64,000 nucleotides of DNA from Promethearchaeota archaeon (GCA_011364975.1 RDOE01000001.1:1-64000), one strand, 5' to 3'. Positions 10,100 to 20,346 are shown, numbered from the stretch's first letter. The notes: a model not told the origin generated them from the sequence alone. Translations and numbers: made by a program.

Positions 10100-10738
10100 T
10101 TATATTTCTAATACTTTTTTCACTTCTTGTTCAGTTAATTTATTTTCATAATTAACTTCTTTTACTTTTCCTTTCTTTCGATAGAATTCAAGAATTGGAT
10201 TAGCATTTTCCTTATAAACATTAAGCCTATTTCTTAGAGTTTCTTCATTATCATCGCTTCTTTGTTCAAATTTTATTGATGCTCCACACTCGTCACAAAC
10301 TCCTTCGATTTTTGGTTTCATGAAGTATTTATTATAAATTTCTCCACAATCAGGGCATGAATATCTTCCCAGTATTCTTTTAATGATTATATCTTCATCT
10401 ACTTTTAATAAGACTACATAATCAATTTTAGTGATATTATTGAGTGCCTCCGCTTGAGTGTATGTTCTTGGAAAACCATCTAATACAAATCCGTGTTTTT
10501 TTACATCTTTTTTTTTTAATCTATCTTTTATCATATCGATTACTACATCATCTGGTACTAATTCTCCTTTATCCATATACTTTTTAGCTTTTAAACCCAG
10601 AGGAGTTTCTCCTTTTAAATTTTCCCTTAAAATATCACCCGTGCTAATATGGATAATTTCAGGTAATACATCTCTGATTTGGGCTGAGAAAGTGCCTTTA
10701 CCAGCTCCAGGTGGACCAAACAGTATGATTTTTTTCAT
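10100..10738 (-). CDS. adk: adenylate kinase with zinc LID domain
   Basis: GPPGAGKGT, HISTGDILR, LDGFPRT, CxxC...CxxC, RSDD. Confidence 0.95.
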   Translation of the reverse strand: MKKIILFGPPGAGKGTFSAQIRDVLPEIIHISTGDILRENLKGETPLGLKAKKYMDKGELVPDDVVIDMIKDRLKKKDVKKHGFVLDGFPRTYTQAEALNNITKIDYVVLLKVDEDIIIKRILGRYSCPDCGEIYNKYFMKPKIEGVCDECGASIKFEQRSDDNEETLRNRLNVYKENANPILEFYRKKGKVKEVNYENKLTEQEVKKVLEI

Positions 10739-10828
10739 AGTTTATATCTATTTTATTTTCATTAAAATAAAGTTGAATGATTTAAATTAATATGAAGTTT
10801 TATGTATAATAAACTTTTAAATCAATTA

Positions 10829-11677
10829 TTAAGTTTGACCTCCTCCATAAAGAAAGAAGTCAGAAATCAGTTTAGCACCTGGAACAACAGAATATTTTCC
10901 GAGGTCGTTTATACCATTTTCAATAAGTACTTCATCATCGATGAAAAAATTTCCTGTACATTCCTTACTTGGTTGAGTGATAATATAATACGCGGCATCC
11001 GCAACAATTTCTGGTATTCTTGAGTGCTTAACAGCAGTTTGTCCTCCCAATAAGTTTTTAACTGCAGCAGTGGCTATTGCGGTTCTTGGCCAAAGAGCAT
11101 TAACCGCAATATTATCTTTCTTGAATTCTTCTGCCATTCCGAGAACACACATACTCATTCCATATTTTGACATGGTATAAGCTACATGGTGAGCAAACCA
11201 TTTTGAATCCAAATTTAACGGGGGTGAAAGGTTCAATATATGGGGATTTTCTGCTTTTTTCAGATGAGGAATACAAAGTTTTGAGCATAAAAACGTTCCA
11301 CGAACATTAACTGAAAACATCAAATCAAATTTTTTCATTGAGGTCTCTAAAGTCGGAGTTAAGCTTATAGCACTTGCGTCATTTATTAGTATATCGATAC
11401 TACCGAACTCATTAACGGTTGCATCAACTGCAGCTTGAACTTGTTCTTCAAACCGTATATCTGCTATACAGGCAATTCCCCTTCCACCTACTTCCTGGAT
11501 TTCATCTACAGCAGTATACACAGTTCCAGGGAGGTTAGGATGTGGTTCTTTTGTTTTTGCTACAACAGCAATATTTGCTCCTTCTTTTGCAGCTCTTATT
11601 GCAATTGCTTTTCCTATACCTCTTGAAGCGCCGGTAATAAAAAGTGTTTTATTTTTAAGACTTATCAATTTAATCAA
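10829..11677 (-). CDS. SDR oxidoreductase, HSDL2-like
   Basis: TGASRGIG, YTMSK, HPNLPGTVYTA, NALWPRT. Confidence 0.9.
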   Translation of the reverse strand: MIKLISLKNKTLFITGASRGIGKAIAIRAAKEGANIAVVAKTKEPHPNLPGTVYTAVDEIQEVGGRGIACIADIRFEEQVQAAVDATVNEFGSIDILINDASAISLTPTLETSMKKFDLMFSVNVRGTFLCSKLCIPHLKKAENPHILNLSPPLNLDSKWFAHHVAYTMSKYGMSMCVLGMAEEFKKDNIAVNALWPRTAIATAAVKNLLGGQTAVKHSRIPEIVADAAYYIITQPSKECTGNFFIDDEVLIENGINDLGKYSVVPGAKLISDFFLYGGGQT

Positions 11678-11799
11678 CTTTTTTATAATTTGAATTTGTG
11701 TATTTCTAATATGTTGTATTTCAATTATTCCTGATGGTAAATATGATTTATATTTATATTTTAAAAGGGAAATTATAAAATTTTTATATATAGTCTTTA

Positions 11800-12387
11800 T
11801 TATCTACTAAGGACTGAAAATTCAATATTTTTAATCAGGAATTCAATCTTATTTTTTTCTATTAAAGAAAGAAGCTTGGATATTGTACTTTTTAGTGATT
11901 TTCCATAATAACTATTCCCTAAAAAAGTATTTGATTTACCTATTACTTTTAATAATTCGTACTTACTTCCTAAATGAAGATATATAGATATATCATTGAT
12001 AATCAAATAGGGGGTGGGATTTTTAGAATAAATTGCTAACATATTGGAGGTTTTCTTATAATTATAGCATATATGTTCAAAAAGTTCTCGTTTATTTGTT
12101 GCATTCAATCTCGGTGGAATAATTTCTGTTTTATTATTTATATTAACGCAAAGAAGACTTTTAGAATAATAGTCTTGAATACGCCCTCCAATCTTAATAT
12201 CATTGATAAGTTTAAAATTTGGTCCAAACTCTAAAATAGTGATTTCTTTTGGATTTATATTTTTAGATTCTAAGAGGTATTTAACGAAATTTGCTGTAAA
12301 TTGTGTTTTTCCTGTATTAGTTTCTCCATACACTAGAAAATGATGGCCAATTATGTTTATATAATCTAAATCTTTAAAGATGTTCAT
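11800..12387 (-). CDS. uncharacterised P-loop NTPase
   Basis: GETNTGKT Walker A; LIINDIS Walker B-like. Confidence 0.7.
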   Translation of the reverse strand: MNIFKDLDYINIIGHHFLVYGETNTGKTQFTANFVKYLLESKNINPKEITILEFGPNFKLINDIKIGGRIQDYYSKSLLCVNINNKTEIIPPRLNATNKRELFEHICYNYKKTSNMLAIYSKNPTPYLIINDISIYLHLGSKYELLKVIGKSNTFLGNSYYGKSLKSTISKLLSLIEKNKIEFLIKNIEFSVLSR

Positions 12388-12414
12388 AGAAATTAAATAA
12401 AAAATTGTTTTAAT

Positions 12415-12957
12415 TTAATAAAAATTTTCCCACGAATAACCTGCTTTCTTTAGTACAATTAAGAGTATAAATCCTAGAATACTTCCAACAATGGAGCTTA
12501 AAGAGAACAACCACCAATATGTAATCAGACCACTAATTACAGAACTTCCTATGGGTAGAACTAAGTATCCAATAGTACCTCCAATGAAAACTGTGCCTAC
12601 CGGTTCAAACAAAGCCGCATAATTTGTATATTTAGGATACTTCTTTTTGAAAAAATATGCTACAATTCCCACAACGATAGCACCAGAAATACCCCCATGA
12701 AAAGCATGGATCGTGCCTATAGCAAGTGAAAACCGTATTATAGCAATGCTTAATGCTGTAATGCAAGAAAACACAAGTCCGATTAATACACCGGTTATAG
12801 CATTTATTAAATGGGCAAATGGATTGATTTTTGTACCAAATATTTCATAATAAGCAAAAGGATTGAGAGCACTTAAAACAACTCCAAGAGCTACAAAAAT
12901 AGCAGTTGTTGCTATCTTTAAAGTTAATTTAGTATCTATTTCACTCACGATAATCAA
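12415..12957 (-). CDS. thiW: ECF transporter S component, ThiW-like
   Basis: PFAHLINAITGVLIG, GTIHAFHG, EPVGT..IG. Confidence 0.8.
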   Translation of the reverse strand: MIIVSEIDTKLTLKIATTAIFVALGVVLSALNPFAYYEIFGTKINPFAHLINAITGVLIGLVFSCITALSIAIIRFSLAIGTIHAFHGGISGAIVVGIVAYFFKKKYPKYTNYAALFEPVGTVFIGGTIGYLVLPIGSSVISGLITYWWLFSLSSIVGSILGFILLIVLKKAGYSWENFY

Positions 12958-13130
12958 CTTTTTATTTAGGATTTAAAACGACTACTTTCAAGGTAATTGT
13001 TTGTTATCTGAAAATTAATTATCTTTAAAATTTAAACGTTATTTAAATATCTATAATAAAGCATGACTTGAAAAAAATTAGACTTGCTTAATTTTAAGCT
13101 TTGAATTAATTAAATATATTAAGAATTATC

Positions 13131-13805
13131 ATGAAAATAGGAAATACAATTATAAATCCAACTAAAATTATATGTATTGGTACTAATTATATGGATCATA
13201 TTAATGAAACTAAATTACCTGTACCAAAAGAGCCAGTGTTATTTCCTAAAACCCTTAATTCTTTAATTGGTGATGGAGAGAAAATCATTTATCCCAATTG
13301 GTTATATAATGATAGAAAGAATAATCGAATAGATTATGAAGTCGAATTAGCTTTTATTATTAAAGATAAATGTAAATATGTATCTTTAGAAGATGCTTAT
13401 AACCATATTCTGGGGTACACCGTTTTTAATGATATAACTGCTCGAAAGATGCAAATCAATGATATATTTTCTAAATTGCCATGGTTTCGCTCGAAATCTT
13501 TCGATTCATTCGCACCAATAGGTCCGAGAGTCGTTAAGGATAATGAAATAGGGGACCCCCATAATTTGGAAATAGAATTAAAACTTAATGGAGAAATAAA
13601 ACAGTCATCTAATACAAAACATTTATTATTTAAGATTCCTGAGCTTATTGAGTATATATCAAGATTTTTTACCTTAGAATCAGGTGATATCATTGCTACT
13701 GGAACTCCAAGTGGGATTGGCCCAATCAAACCCGGAGATTTAATTGAAGCTTACATTGAAAAAATTGGAGTTTTAAGAAATACTGTGGTACTAGAAGAGA
13801 GGTGA
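13131..13805 (+). CDS. fumarylacetoacetate hydrolase family protein
   Basis: KIICIG.NY.DH, DYEVELA, NDITAR, GDIIATGTP. Confidence 0.92.
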   Translation: MKIGNTIINPTKIICIGTNYMDHINETKLPVPKEPVLFPKTLNSLIGDGEKIIYPNWLYNDRKNNRIDYEVELAFIIKDKCKYVSLEDAYNHILGYTVFNDITARKMQINDIFSKLPWFRSKSFDSFAPIGPRVVKDNEIGDPHNLEIELKLNGEIKQSSNTKHLLFKIPELIEYISRFFTLESGDIIATGTPSGIGPIKPGDLIEAYIEKIGVLRNTVVLEER

Positions 13806-13814
13806 TAGGATTTT

Positions 13815-14486
13815 ATGAAGATTGGTAATAAGAAAATTGAGCCAACTAAAATTATTTGTTTAGGAAGAAATTACCTTGATCACATAAAAGAAACTAATGC
13901 CCCCATACCAACAGAGCCGGTATTTTTCGCTAAAACGATAAACACATTAGTGACAAATAATGAGCCAATAATTTATCCTAAAGTATTGTATGAAGATGAG
14001 AATTATAATCAAGTGGATCATGAAGTAGAACTAGCATTTATAATATTTCAAACATGTAAAAATGTCAAAGCAGAAATCACATTCGATTATATATTGGGAT
14101 ACACCATTTTCCTTGATATTACGGCAAGAAATATGCAAGTTAGTGATAGAAATATCAAATTACCATGGTATAGAAGTAAAAATTTTGATACATTTGGTCC
14201 CATCGGTCCAAAAATAGTTCCTTGTAGTGAGATTAAAGACCCTCACAATCTTAATATACAATTAAAAGTCAATGGCGAAATCCGACAAAGATCTAATACA
14301 AAACATATGCTTTTTAAAATACCCCAAATTCTGGAATACGTTTCAAAATTTGTAACATTGATGCGTGGTGATATTATAGCCACAGGAACTCCTAGCGGAA
14401 TTAGCCCTGTTAAGCCAGGGGATGTTTTAGAAGCCTCAATTGAAGGCATAGGTACAATTACTCATGAAATAATTTTAGAACAATAA
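13815..14486 (+). CDS. fumarylacetoacetate hydrolase family protein (tandem paralog)
   Basis: Same motifs; highly similar to the upstream gene. Confidence 0.92.
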   Translation: MKIGNKKIEPTKIICLGRNYLDHIKETNAPIPTEPVFFAKTINTLVTNNEPIIYPKVLYEDENYNQVDHEVELAFIIFQTCKNVKAEITFDYILGYTIFLDITARNMQVSDRNIKLPWYRSKNFDTFGPIGPKIVPCSEIKDPHNLNIQLKVNGEIRQRSNTKHMLFKIPQILEYVSKFVTLMRGDIIATGTPSGISPVKPGDVLEASIEGIGTITHEIILEQ

Positions 14487-14570
14487 ATGATTTTTCTCTT
14501 TAAGGATTCGAATTAGATAATTAATTCTAAATACTAATATTTTTCTATTCAATTTAATATAAATCATTCA

Positions 14571-14774
14571 ATGTCTGAAGAATTCAATGAAGTAATAAAG
14601 CAAGAACTATTCAAATTAATTTCTACTCCAGGAATCGAAATTGAGAATATTCCAGAGATCATAAATAGTAAATACAATACTAATTTTAGTTATGAAAGAA
14701 TCTACAATTTCTTATCAGATGAATATTTAAAACATAATCTGGATCATGGCCGTAGATTATGTTGTAGATTTTAA
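14571..14774 (+). CDS. small hypothetical protein
   Basis: 67-aa ORF ending RRLCCRF. Confidence 0.55.
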   Translation: MSEEFNEVIKQELFKLISTPGIEIENIPEIINSKYNTNFSYERIYNFLSDEYLKHNLDHGRRLCCRF

Positions 14775-14790
14775 GATGGAAAATTTTTAG

Positions 14791-15636
14791 TTATAATAAT
14801 AAAAATTGCTGGAGAAAAAACATATCCAGATTTAAATCATTTAGTAATTTCTTGTTGTTTAATATGTATGAATAAATCTTCTCATCACTAAAGTATTTAT
14901 AGCATAAGTTTTTTCCCTTGACCTCTTTGAATGTTTTGATAATTCCTCTCAATATTGCTTTTAAGTATTTAATTACTAAATCTTTATCACATTTAATAAC
15001 ATTTATATCAACTATGTTTATCCATGATTCTTTTGAGAATGTTATGTCTTTTAGATCTTTTTGATCTTTACATTCTGCCTGATTTTTAATATTATTATGC
15101 TCTTTTTCGATACGATCGAGTATTTCATTTTTAGATTTACTATACATTTTATTATCAATGATATTTCTAAGCATGATGAATATTTGCTGAAATACCCCTA
15201 AGATATCAAAAAAGTCAGCAACCTCTGTTATTGATTCTACTTCTTCCCATTGGCTATAATAATCTTCTAATACTTTTAAGAAAGGGACATATACATTTAA
15301 ATTACCATCCCAAGATTTACCTTTCTTTTCCCAAAGCATTTTATATTCTCTAATAAAGGATTCCTTTATAACATTTAATCTCCCCAATAATAATTCTGTT
15401 TTAACATTTTTCTTGTCGGCTGCAACAAAAAGTAAATTATATCCTGGTTCTAAAATATAAATCCATCTTAAACCGCCCATTTCTATAGATTCTAAGGATT
15501 GTTGAAATTCTGCCATAGAAAAATGATAAAATGCTGTTAAAAATCCAGAAACAATATTTTCATCCGCATCTGTTTTTAAAAATGATTTATACAATATTTT
15601 TGTTCCAGAATCACTTTCTAAAACCCAGATATTCAT
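14791..15636 (-). CDS. longin-like domain protein (Asgard type)
   Basis: N-terminal SG..I...IVSGFLTAF..FS...LESIEMG...LLFVA pattern typical of longin domains. Confidence 0.65.
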   Translation of the reverse strand: MNIWVLESDSGTKILYKSFLKTDADENIVSGFLTAFYHFSMAEFQQSLESIEMGGLRWIYILEPGYNLLFVAADKKNVKTELLLGRLNVIKESFIREYKMLWEKKGKSWDGNLNVYVPFLKVLEDYYSQWEEVESITEVADFFDILGVFQQIFIMLRNIIDNKMYSKSKNEILDRIEKEHNNIKNQAECKDQKDLKDITFSKESWINIVDINVIKCDKDLVIKYLKAILRGIIKTFKEVKGKNLCYKYFSDEKIYSYILNNKKLLNDLNLDMFFLQQFLLL

Positions 15637-15812
15637 TATTATTACACAAAATTAGTGATTATAAGATTAAATCAATATACCTCAATAACGCTTACGTTTT
15701 TCTTAGTTCAAATAATAATATGTTCATTAAGTTAAATATATACCCAACCTATCTAGGAATTTAATTAATAAAATTTTTTAATCTTTTTTCATTTTGATTA
15801 AATACTAAGTTC

Positions 15813-15938
15813 AAAATATATTCTTCTAAAGGACTTAGGACGCAAATTTAAGCGGCCTCGATATAATATAGATATCGAAACCAAGAAAATTTTATTGCTT
15901 TTCTTAATTTCGCGTTCTTTAGCCTTAGAATATATTTT
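15813..15938 (+). promoter_or_regulatory. structured element upstream of the L11 operon
   Basis: AAAATATATTCT/AGAATATATTTT and AGGACGC/GCGTTCT stems enclosing hairpins TCGATAT/ATATCGA and AAGAAAA/TTTTCTT. Confidence 0.5.
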
Positions 15939-15971
15939 CAATTAGAAAAAAAGATAACTCGGTGAAAATAT

Positions 15972-16497
15972 GTGAGTGAAAGAGGAAAAGTCGTTGTAAA
16001 GGCTCTCGTCACTGGTGGAAGCGCTTCTGGTGGTCCACCTATAGGACCTGCTGTCGGCCCTACTGGCATAAACGAAAACTAATTCGGTTTTCGATGTAAA
16101 TATTAAAGATGTGGTCGATGAGGTCAACAAGAAGACAATGATGTTCAAAGGATTAACAGTTCCTGTGAGGATAGAATGCGATACAGAAACTAAGAAGTTT
16201 GAGATATTCGTAGAAACTCCCAGCACAGCATCTTTACTGCTAAAGGAAATGGGTGCTGAAAAGGGAAGCGAAAGTGCAGCAGAGAAAAAGATTGGTAATC
16301 TTACTTTAAAGCAGATAATAGAGGTGACAAGGTCAAAAAAGGACAAATTCTTAGATAGAACATTTAAGAATGCAATTAAGACCGTATTAGGGACTGCTTT
16401 ATCCATCGGAGCTACGGTAGAAGGAGAGAATCCAAAACTTATTCAAAAGAGAATAGATGAAGGGCAATATAATGAACTATTAAATGAGGAGATGTAA
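15972..16497 (+). CDS. rpl11: 50S ribosomal protein uL11, split: join(15972..16071,16100..16497), 165 aa
   Basis: Exon 1 MSERGKVVVKALVTGGSASGGPPIGPAVGPTGI; exon 2 NIKDVVDEVNKKT...GT..S.G; exons are in different frames, separated by a 28-nt insert. Confidence 0.92.
16072..16099 (+). other. putative BHB (tRNA-type) intron in rpl11 mRNA
   Basis: Central helix GCAU/AUGU, two AAA bulges, intron stem CGAAAAC/GUUUUCG; contains in-frame TAA at 16080-16082. Confidence 0.85.
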
Positions 16498-16499
16498 AA

Positions 16500-17228
16500 C
16501 TGAAGCTGGACGATAAATTATTAAAAAAATCATTAAATGTAGCAATAAATTTTTCCCTTCAAAAGAAAGAAGGTTTTAAAGAGAAAGTAAGAAAGTTCGA
16601 TGAATCAATTGATTTCATTATCAATCTTAAAGATTTAAATCTAAATGATCCTAAGCAAAGAATTGACAAAGAGGTCATCTTACCTAATAATGTACTAAAA
16701 ACAGAAAAACCCGATGTATGTGTTATTGCTTCTGATGAGATCTTAATGGAAGCACGCAATATAGGACTTGATGTTTTAGATCTGGATGGATTAGTCAAAT
16801 TAAATAATGAGGAGAAAAAATATAAAAAGAAGTTTGTAAAAAAGTACGATTACTTCATTGTAGAAGATAAAATGATGCCAAATGTAGCTCGATATTTAGC
16901 GAGGTTCCTTGGACCTATAGGAAAAATGCCTAAACCATTTCCAAGCGGATATGGGATAATATCTACTCCAGATGATTTAAGAACTGCTGTTGATCGTTAT
17001 TTAAAAATAATAAGAATTCAATTGAAAAAGCAACCCTCAATTCAGGTGAAGATCGGGAAAAAATCTATGGAAAAGGAAAAAATCTTAGAGAATATGAAAG
17101 CGGTTGTTGAATATATTGCAGATCAAATGCCTCATAAATATAATAACATAAAATCAATTTATCTAAAAACCACAATGGGACGCCCTGTCAAAATTGATGA
17201 ACAATTCTTAAAAGGTGTTGAGGTGTAA
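16500..17228 (+). CDS. rpl1: 50S ribosomal protein uL1 (CTG start)
   Basis: RKFDESIDFIINLKDL and LGP.GKMP motifs; in-frame TGA at 16485, GAGGAG SD, then CTG 16500. Confidence 0.9.
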   Translation: MKLDDKLLKKSLNVAINFSLQKKEGFKEKVRKFDESIDFIINLKDLNLNDPKQRIDKEVILPNNVLKTEKPDVCVIASDEILMEARNIGLDVLDLDGLVKLNNEEKKYKKKFVKKYDYFIVEDKMMPNVARYLARFLGPIGKMPKPFPSGYGIISTPDDLRTAVDRYLKIIRIQLKKQPSIQVKIGKKSMEKEKILENMKAVVEYIADQMPHKYNNIKSIYLKTTMGRPVKIDEQFLKGVEV

Positions 17229-17232
17229 AAAG

Positions 17233-18198
17233 TTGATTAAAAAGAAGCATATTCCGGCATGGAAGTTAGACGAAGTAAACCAATTAATAGATTTATTCAA
17301 GAATCATAAAAATGTAGTGGTAATCGAAGTTGGTAGGATAAATGATAGACAGATTCAAGAAATGAGAAAACTTTTGCGCGATAAAGCAGTAATTAAAATG
17401 TCCAAGAAAAATTTACAAGTAAGGGCAATTGAGCAGTATAAAAAGGAATCTAAGAAAGAAAATCTTGATGAATTTGCAAATCAGATTCCAGGACAAGCAG
17501 CATTATGTTTTACAAATTTAGATGTATTTGAGCTAAAAAATATATTTAATGAAAATGAATGGATGGTTGCGGCAAAACCAAATGAAATTACACCTGTTGA
17601 CATTTGGGTTCCTGCTGGTGATACCGGATTACCAACGGGACAGGTTATAAGTGAACTTAATATGACGCTTCGCTTACCTACAAAAATACAAAATGATACG
17701 ATTTGGATTAGAGAAGATACAAGAACCCATAAAGCAGGAGATTTAGTTGAAGTTAAACAAGCAGCGGTATTAAAGAAATTAGGAATTACTCCCATCGAGT
17801 CATTAATAAGAATACTTTTTGCCTGGAGTGATGGAGAACTTTTACCAGAAGAAATCTTATATATGAATCTAGAGCAGTTCCGAAAAGATGTAATCTCTGC
17901 TTATTTTTCAGCCCAAAGTCTTGCTTTGGATCTTGGAATCGTTGATCAAGAGACTTTTGCACCATTAGCTCAGAAGGCTCATCGTCAAGCTCTTGCCCTT
18001 CTTTTTGATATGCCTGTTTACATCGAAGATTTACGTGATGAGTATATTCGAAAAGCTACTTCAAATGCTTTGATACTTAATGCTATGATCTTAGGGGAGG
18101 GAACTCAAATACCTTCTAAAGAAATTAAGGAATCCAAAGAAGAAGAAGAAAAAGAAGAAGAAGAGGAGAGCGTGGGTATTGGAGGTTTATTTGGTTAA
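17233..18198 (+). CDS. rpl10: 50S ribosomal protein uL10 (P0)
   Basis: IPAWK..EV, P.G.TG..TG, acidic tail ending GGLFG; TTG start after GAGGTG. Confidence 0.95.
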   Translation: MIKKKHIPAWKLDEVNQLIDLFKNHKNVVVIEVGRINDRQIQEMRKLLRDKAVIKMSKKNLQVRAIEQYKKESKKENLDEFANQIPGQAALCFTNLDVFELKNIFNENEWMVAAKPNEITPVDIWVPAGDTGLPTGQVISELNMTLRLPTKIQNDTIWIREDTRTHKAGDLVEVKQAAVLKKLGITPIESLIRILFAWSDGELLPEEILYMNLEQFRKDVISAYFSAQSLALDLGIVDQETFAPLAQKAHRQALALLFDMPVYIEDLRDEYIRKATSNALILNAMILGEGTQIPSKEIKESKEEEEKEEEEESVGIGGLFG

Positions 18199-18273
18199 AT
18201 AATTAAATAATTTTTTTAAAATACTATAAAAATAAGATTAAATACATAAATTAGTAAAAAGGAGGATAAAACA

Positions 18274-18573
18274 ATGGAAAGTATATATGCAGCACTTTTA
18301 CTACATAAAGTTGGTGGCAATATTACGGAAGCAACCTTGGAAAAGGTATTAAAAGCAGCAGGGGCAACAGTGGATAAAAATCAGCTAAGTAAATTAGTTG
18401 CAGGTTTAAAAGAAGCAGATATTGATTCGATTATAAGTTCTGCCGCTGTCGCACCTATGGTTGCTGCTCCTACAGCTAGCGGAGCTGCTCCAAAAGCAGA
18501 AAGCAAAAAAGAAGAAAAGAAGAAAGAAGAAGAAGAAGATGAGGAGCCTACTGGAATAGGCTCACTTTTTTAG
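18274..18573 (+). CDS. rpl12: 50S ribosomal protein P1/L12
   Basis: MESIYAALLLH, Ala-rich hinge, acidic tail GIGSLF. Confidence 0.97.
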   Translation: MESIYAALLLHKVGGNITEATLEKVLKAAGATVDKNQLSKLVAGLKEADIDSIISSAAVAPMVAAPTASGAAPKAESKKEEKKKEEEEDEEPTGIGSLF

Positions 18574-18773
18574 AAAAATAATGGTGCTGTCAAAAGGAAT
18601 CTAATAAATTTAGTTATAGAATTTTTTTTTATTTTTTTTATATTTATTATTCTGATATTTTTTATCATAAAGTTTTTTTAAAATTCAATTTTTTTTAAGT
18701 TATATTGTTGATTATTTTAGCAAAAATAATACCAACATAATTGGTATTCTATAAGATAAAGTACTGATAGACT

Positions 18774-20231
18774 ATGGCTGGAAAATTTCTAAAGTTTTTC
18801 TCACCCTTCGTTCGTGTGATGCCAGAAATAAGGCAACCACAGAGGGAAGTCAGTTTTAAAGAGAAATTATTGTGGACTGCAGTTGTTTTAATTATTTATT
18901 TAATAATGTCAAATATTCCGCTTTTTGGGGTTACTGTACAAGAAACAACTGATTATTATTATTGGCTTCGAGTTATATTAGCAAGCCAACGAGGAACCCT
19001 CACAGAATTAGGTATAGGCCCTATTGTTACAGCAGGATTGATTATGCAATTACTTTTAGGATCAAAAATAATACGCGTCGATATGAGTGATCCATATGAT
19101 AGAGCAATGTTTAGTGGGTCTCAAAAAGTGTTAGCGATGTTCTTAACAATTTTTAATGCTCTTGCGTATTTAATAGGAGGGGCATTTGGTGATCTTTCAA
19201 TTATTAATGCCACATTCTTATTTTTACAGTTGATATTCGCAGGACTCATTATCATTCTATTAGACGAATTATTACAAAAAGGATGGGGATTAGGAAGCGG
19301 TGTATCCCTTTTTATCGCAGCAGGAGTTGCAGGGCAAATATTTTGGAACTGCTTTAACTTTATCGAGATCGAAGGAGGGCTTTCTAGAGGACTTGTAATC
19401 GCTTTTTTCCAGGCTCTAGCTAATCCTGCTTTAATGGACTCTTTACTTAGTAGAGGAAGTCAATTACCTACGATTCTTGGAGGAATTACCACATTACTAA
19501 TATTTGCTATTGTAATTTGGTTTGAATCAACGCGTGTTGAAATTCCATTAGCATACCGTGGGTATAGGGGATTTAAAGGAAAGTATCCAATGAAATTACT
19601 ATATGTATCCAATATCCCCGTTATACTCGTCAATGCGTTATATGCTAACTTTCTCTTCTTTGGTCAATTATTGGCAGGACCAGAGGCCGCATTGCGGAGT
19701 TCAAACGGGGGTCTCATTCCAGATTTCTGGTTGAATTTAATTGGAGAATTTGATACCCAAAGTGCTGGAGCGCAAGGTAGTTATTTGGTACCAACATCGG
19801 GACTCTTATATTTTTTAACACCTCCACAAGGACTTGAACAATTAGCTCTTGACCCACTACGTGCTATAATTTATTTAGGTATATTCATCTTTTTGTGCGT
19901 AATGCTAGGGCGTGTCTGGGTCGAAGTTAGTGGGCTTGCACCTAGAGATATATCAAGGCAAATTATTGATTCAGGAATGCAAGTTCCAGGATTTAGAAGC
20001 TCAGAAAAAATTATTGAGAGAATATTGAAGAGATATATTCCAACGCTCGTGATTTTAAACGGTTTTATAATTGCGGTTATGAGTTTCTTTGCAGATTCTC
20101 TTGGTGCATTGACATCAGGCACGGGCCTTTTGATCGCAATAGGTATCACGCATCAATATAGCGAAACGATTGCAAAAGAGCTAGCAGCTAGTCAATATCC
20201 GGGCATGCGTTCATTTCTGGGATTAGATTAA
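18774..20231 (+). CDS. secY: preprotein translocase SecY/Sec61 alpha
   Basis: GTLTELGIGPIVT, YPMKLLYVSNIP, VPGFR, GTGLL. Confidence 0.98.
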   Translation: MAGKFLKFFSPFVRVMPEIRQPQREVSFKEKLLWTAVVLIIYLIMSNIPLFGVTVQETTDYYYWLRVILASQRGTLTELGIGPIVTAGLIMQLLLGSKIIRVDMSDPYDRAMFSGSQKVLAMFLTIFNALAYLIGGAFGDLSIINATFLFLQLIFAGLIIILLDELLQKGWGLGSGVSLFIAAGVAGQIFWNCFNFIEIEGGLSRGLVIAFFQALANPALMDSLLSRGSQLPTILGGITTLLIFAIVIWFESTRVEIPLAYRGYRGFKGKYPMKLLYVSNIPVILVNALYANFLFFGQLLAGPEAALRSSNGGLIPDFWLNLIGEFDTQSAGAQGSYLVPTSGLLYFLTPPQGLEQLALDPLRAIIYLGIFIFLCVMLGRVWVEVSGLAPRDISRQIIDSGMQVPGFRSSEKIIERILKRYIPTLVILNGFIIAVMSFFADSLGALTSGTGLLIAIGITHQYSETIAKELAASQYPGMRSFLGLD

Positions 20232-20346
20232 GTTATCAATGATTAACGATTACTTATTCTTTTATTCACTCTTATTCGCAAAATTTACTGAATATAAATC
20301 TATGCTGTTAGACATAGTTATTTCGATAAAATTAAAATAATATTAA

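Noticed and set aside
12958-13130. TPP riboswitch upstream of the thiW-like gene
   Set aside because: No CUGAGA or other TPP consensus elements are visible.
16069-16100. rpl11 break as a sequencing error, pseudogene or programmed frameshift
   Set aside because: The extra 28 nt are non-homologous, form a complete BHB motif and excise exactly at canonical cut sites. A simple frameshift would leave about 9 foreign residues in a conserved motif. Not fully excluded without reads.
15942-16798. Antisense and overlapping ORFs in the track (e.g. 15942-16406, 16559-16798, 33316-33768, 46516-46809)
   Set aside because: They are shadows of well-supported genes on the opposite strand and have no motifs of their own.
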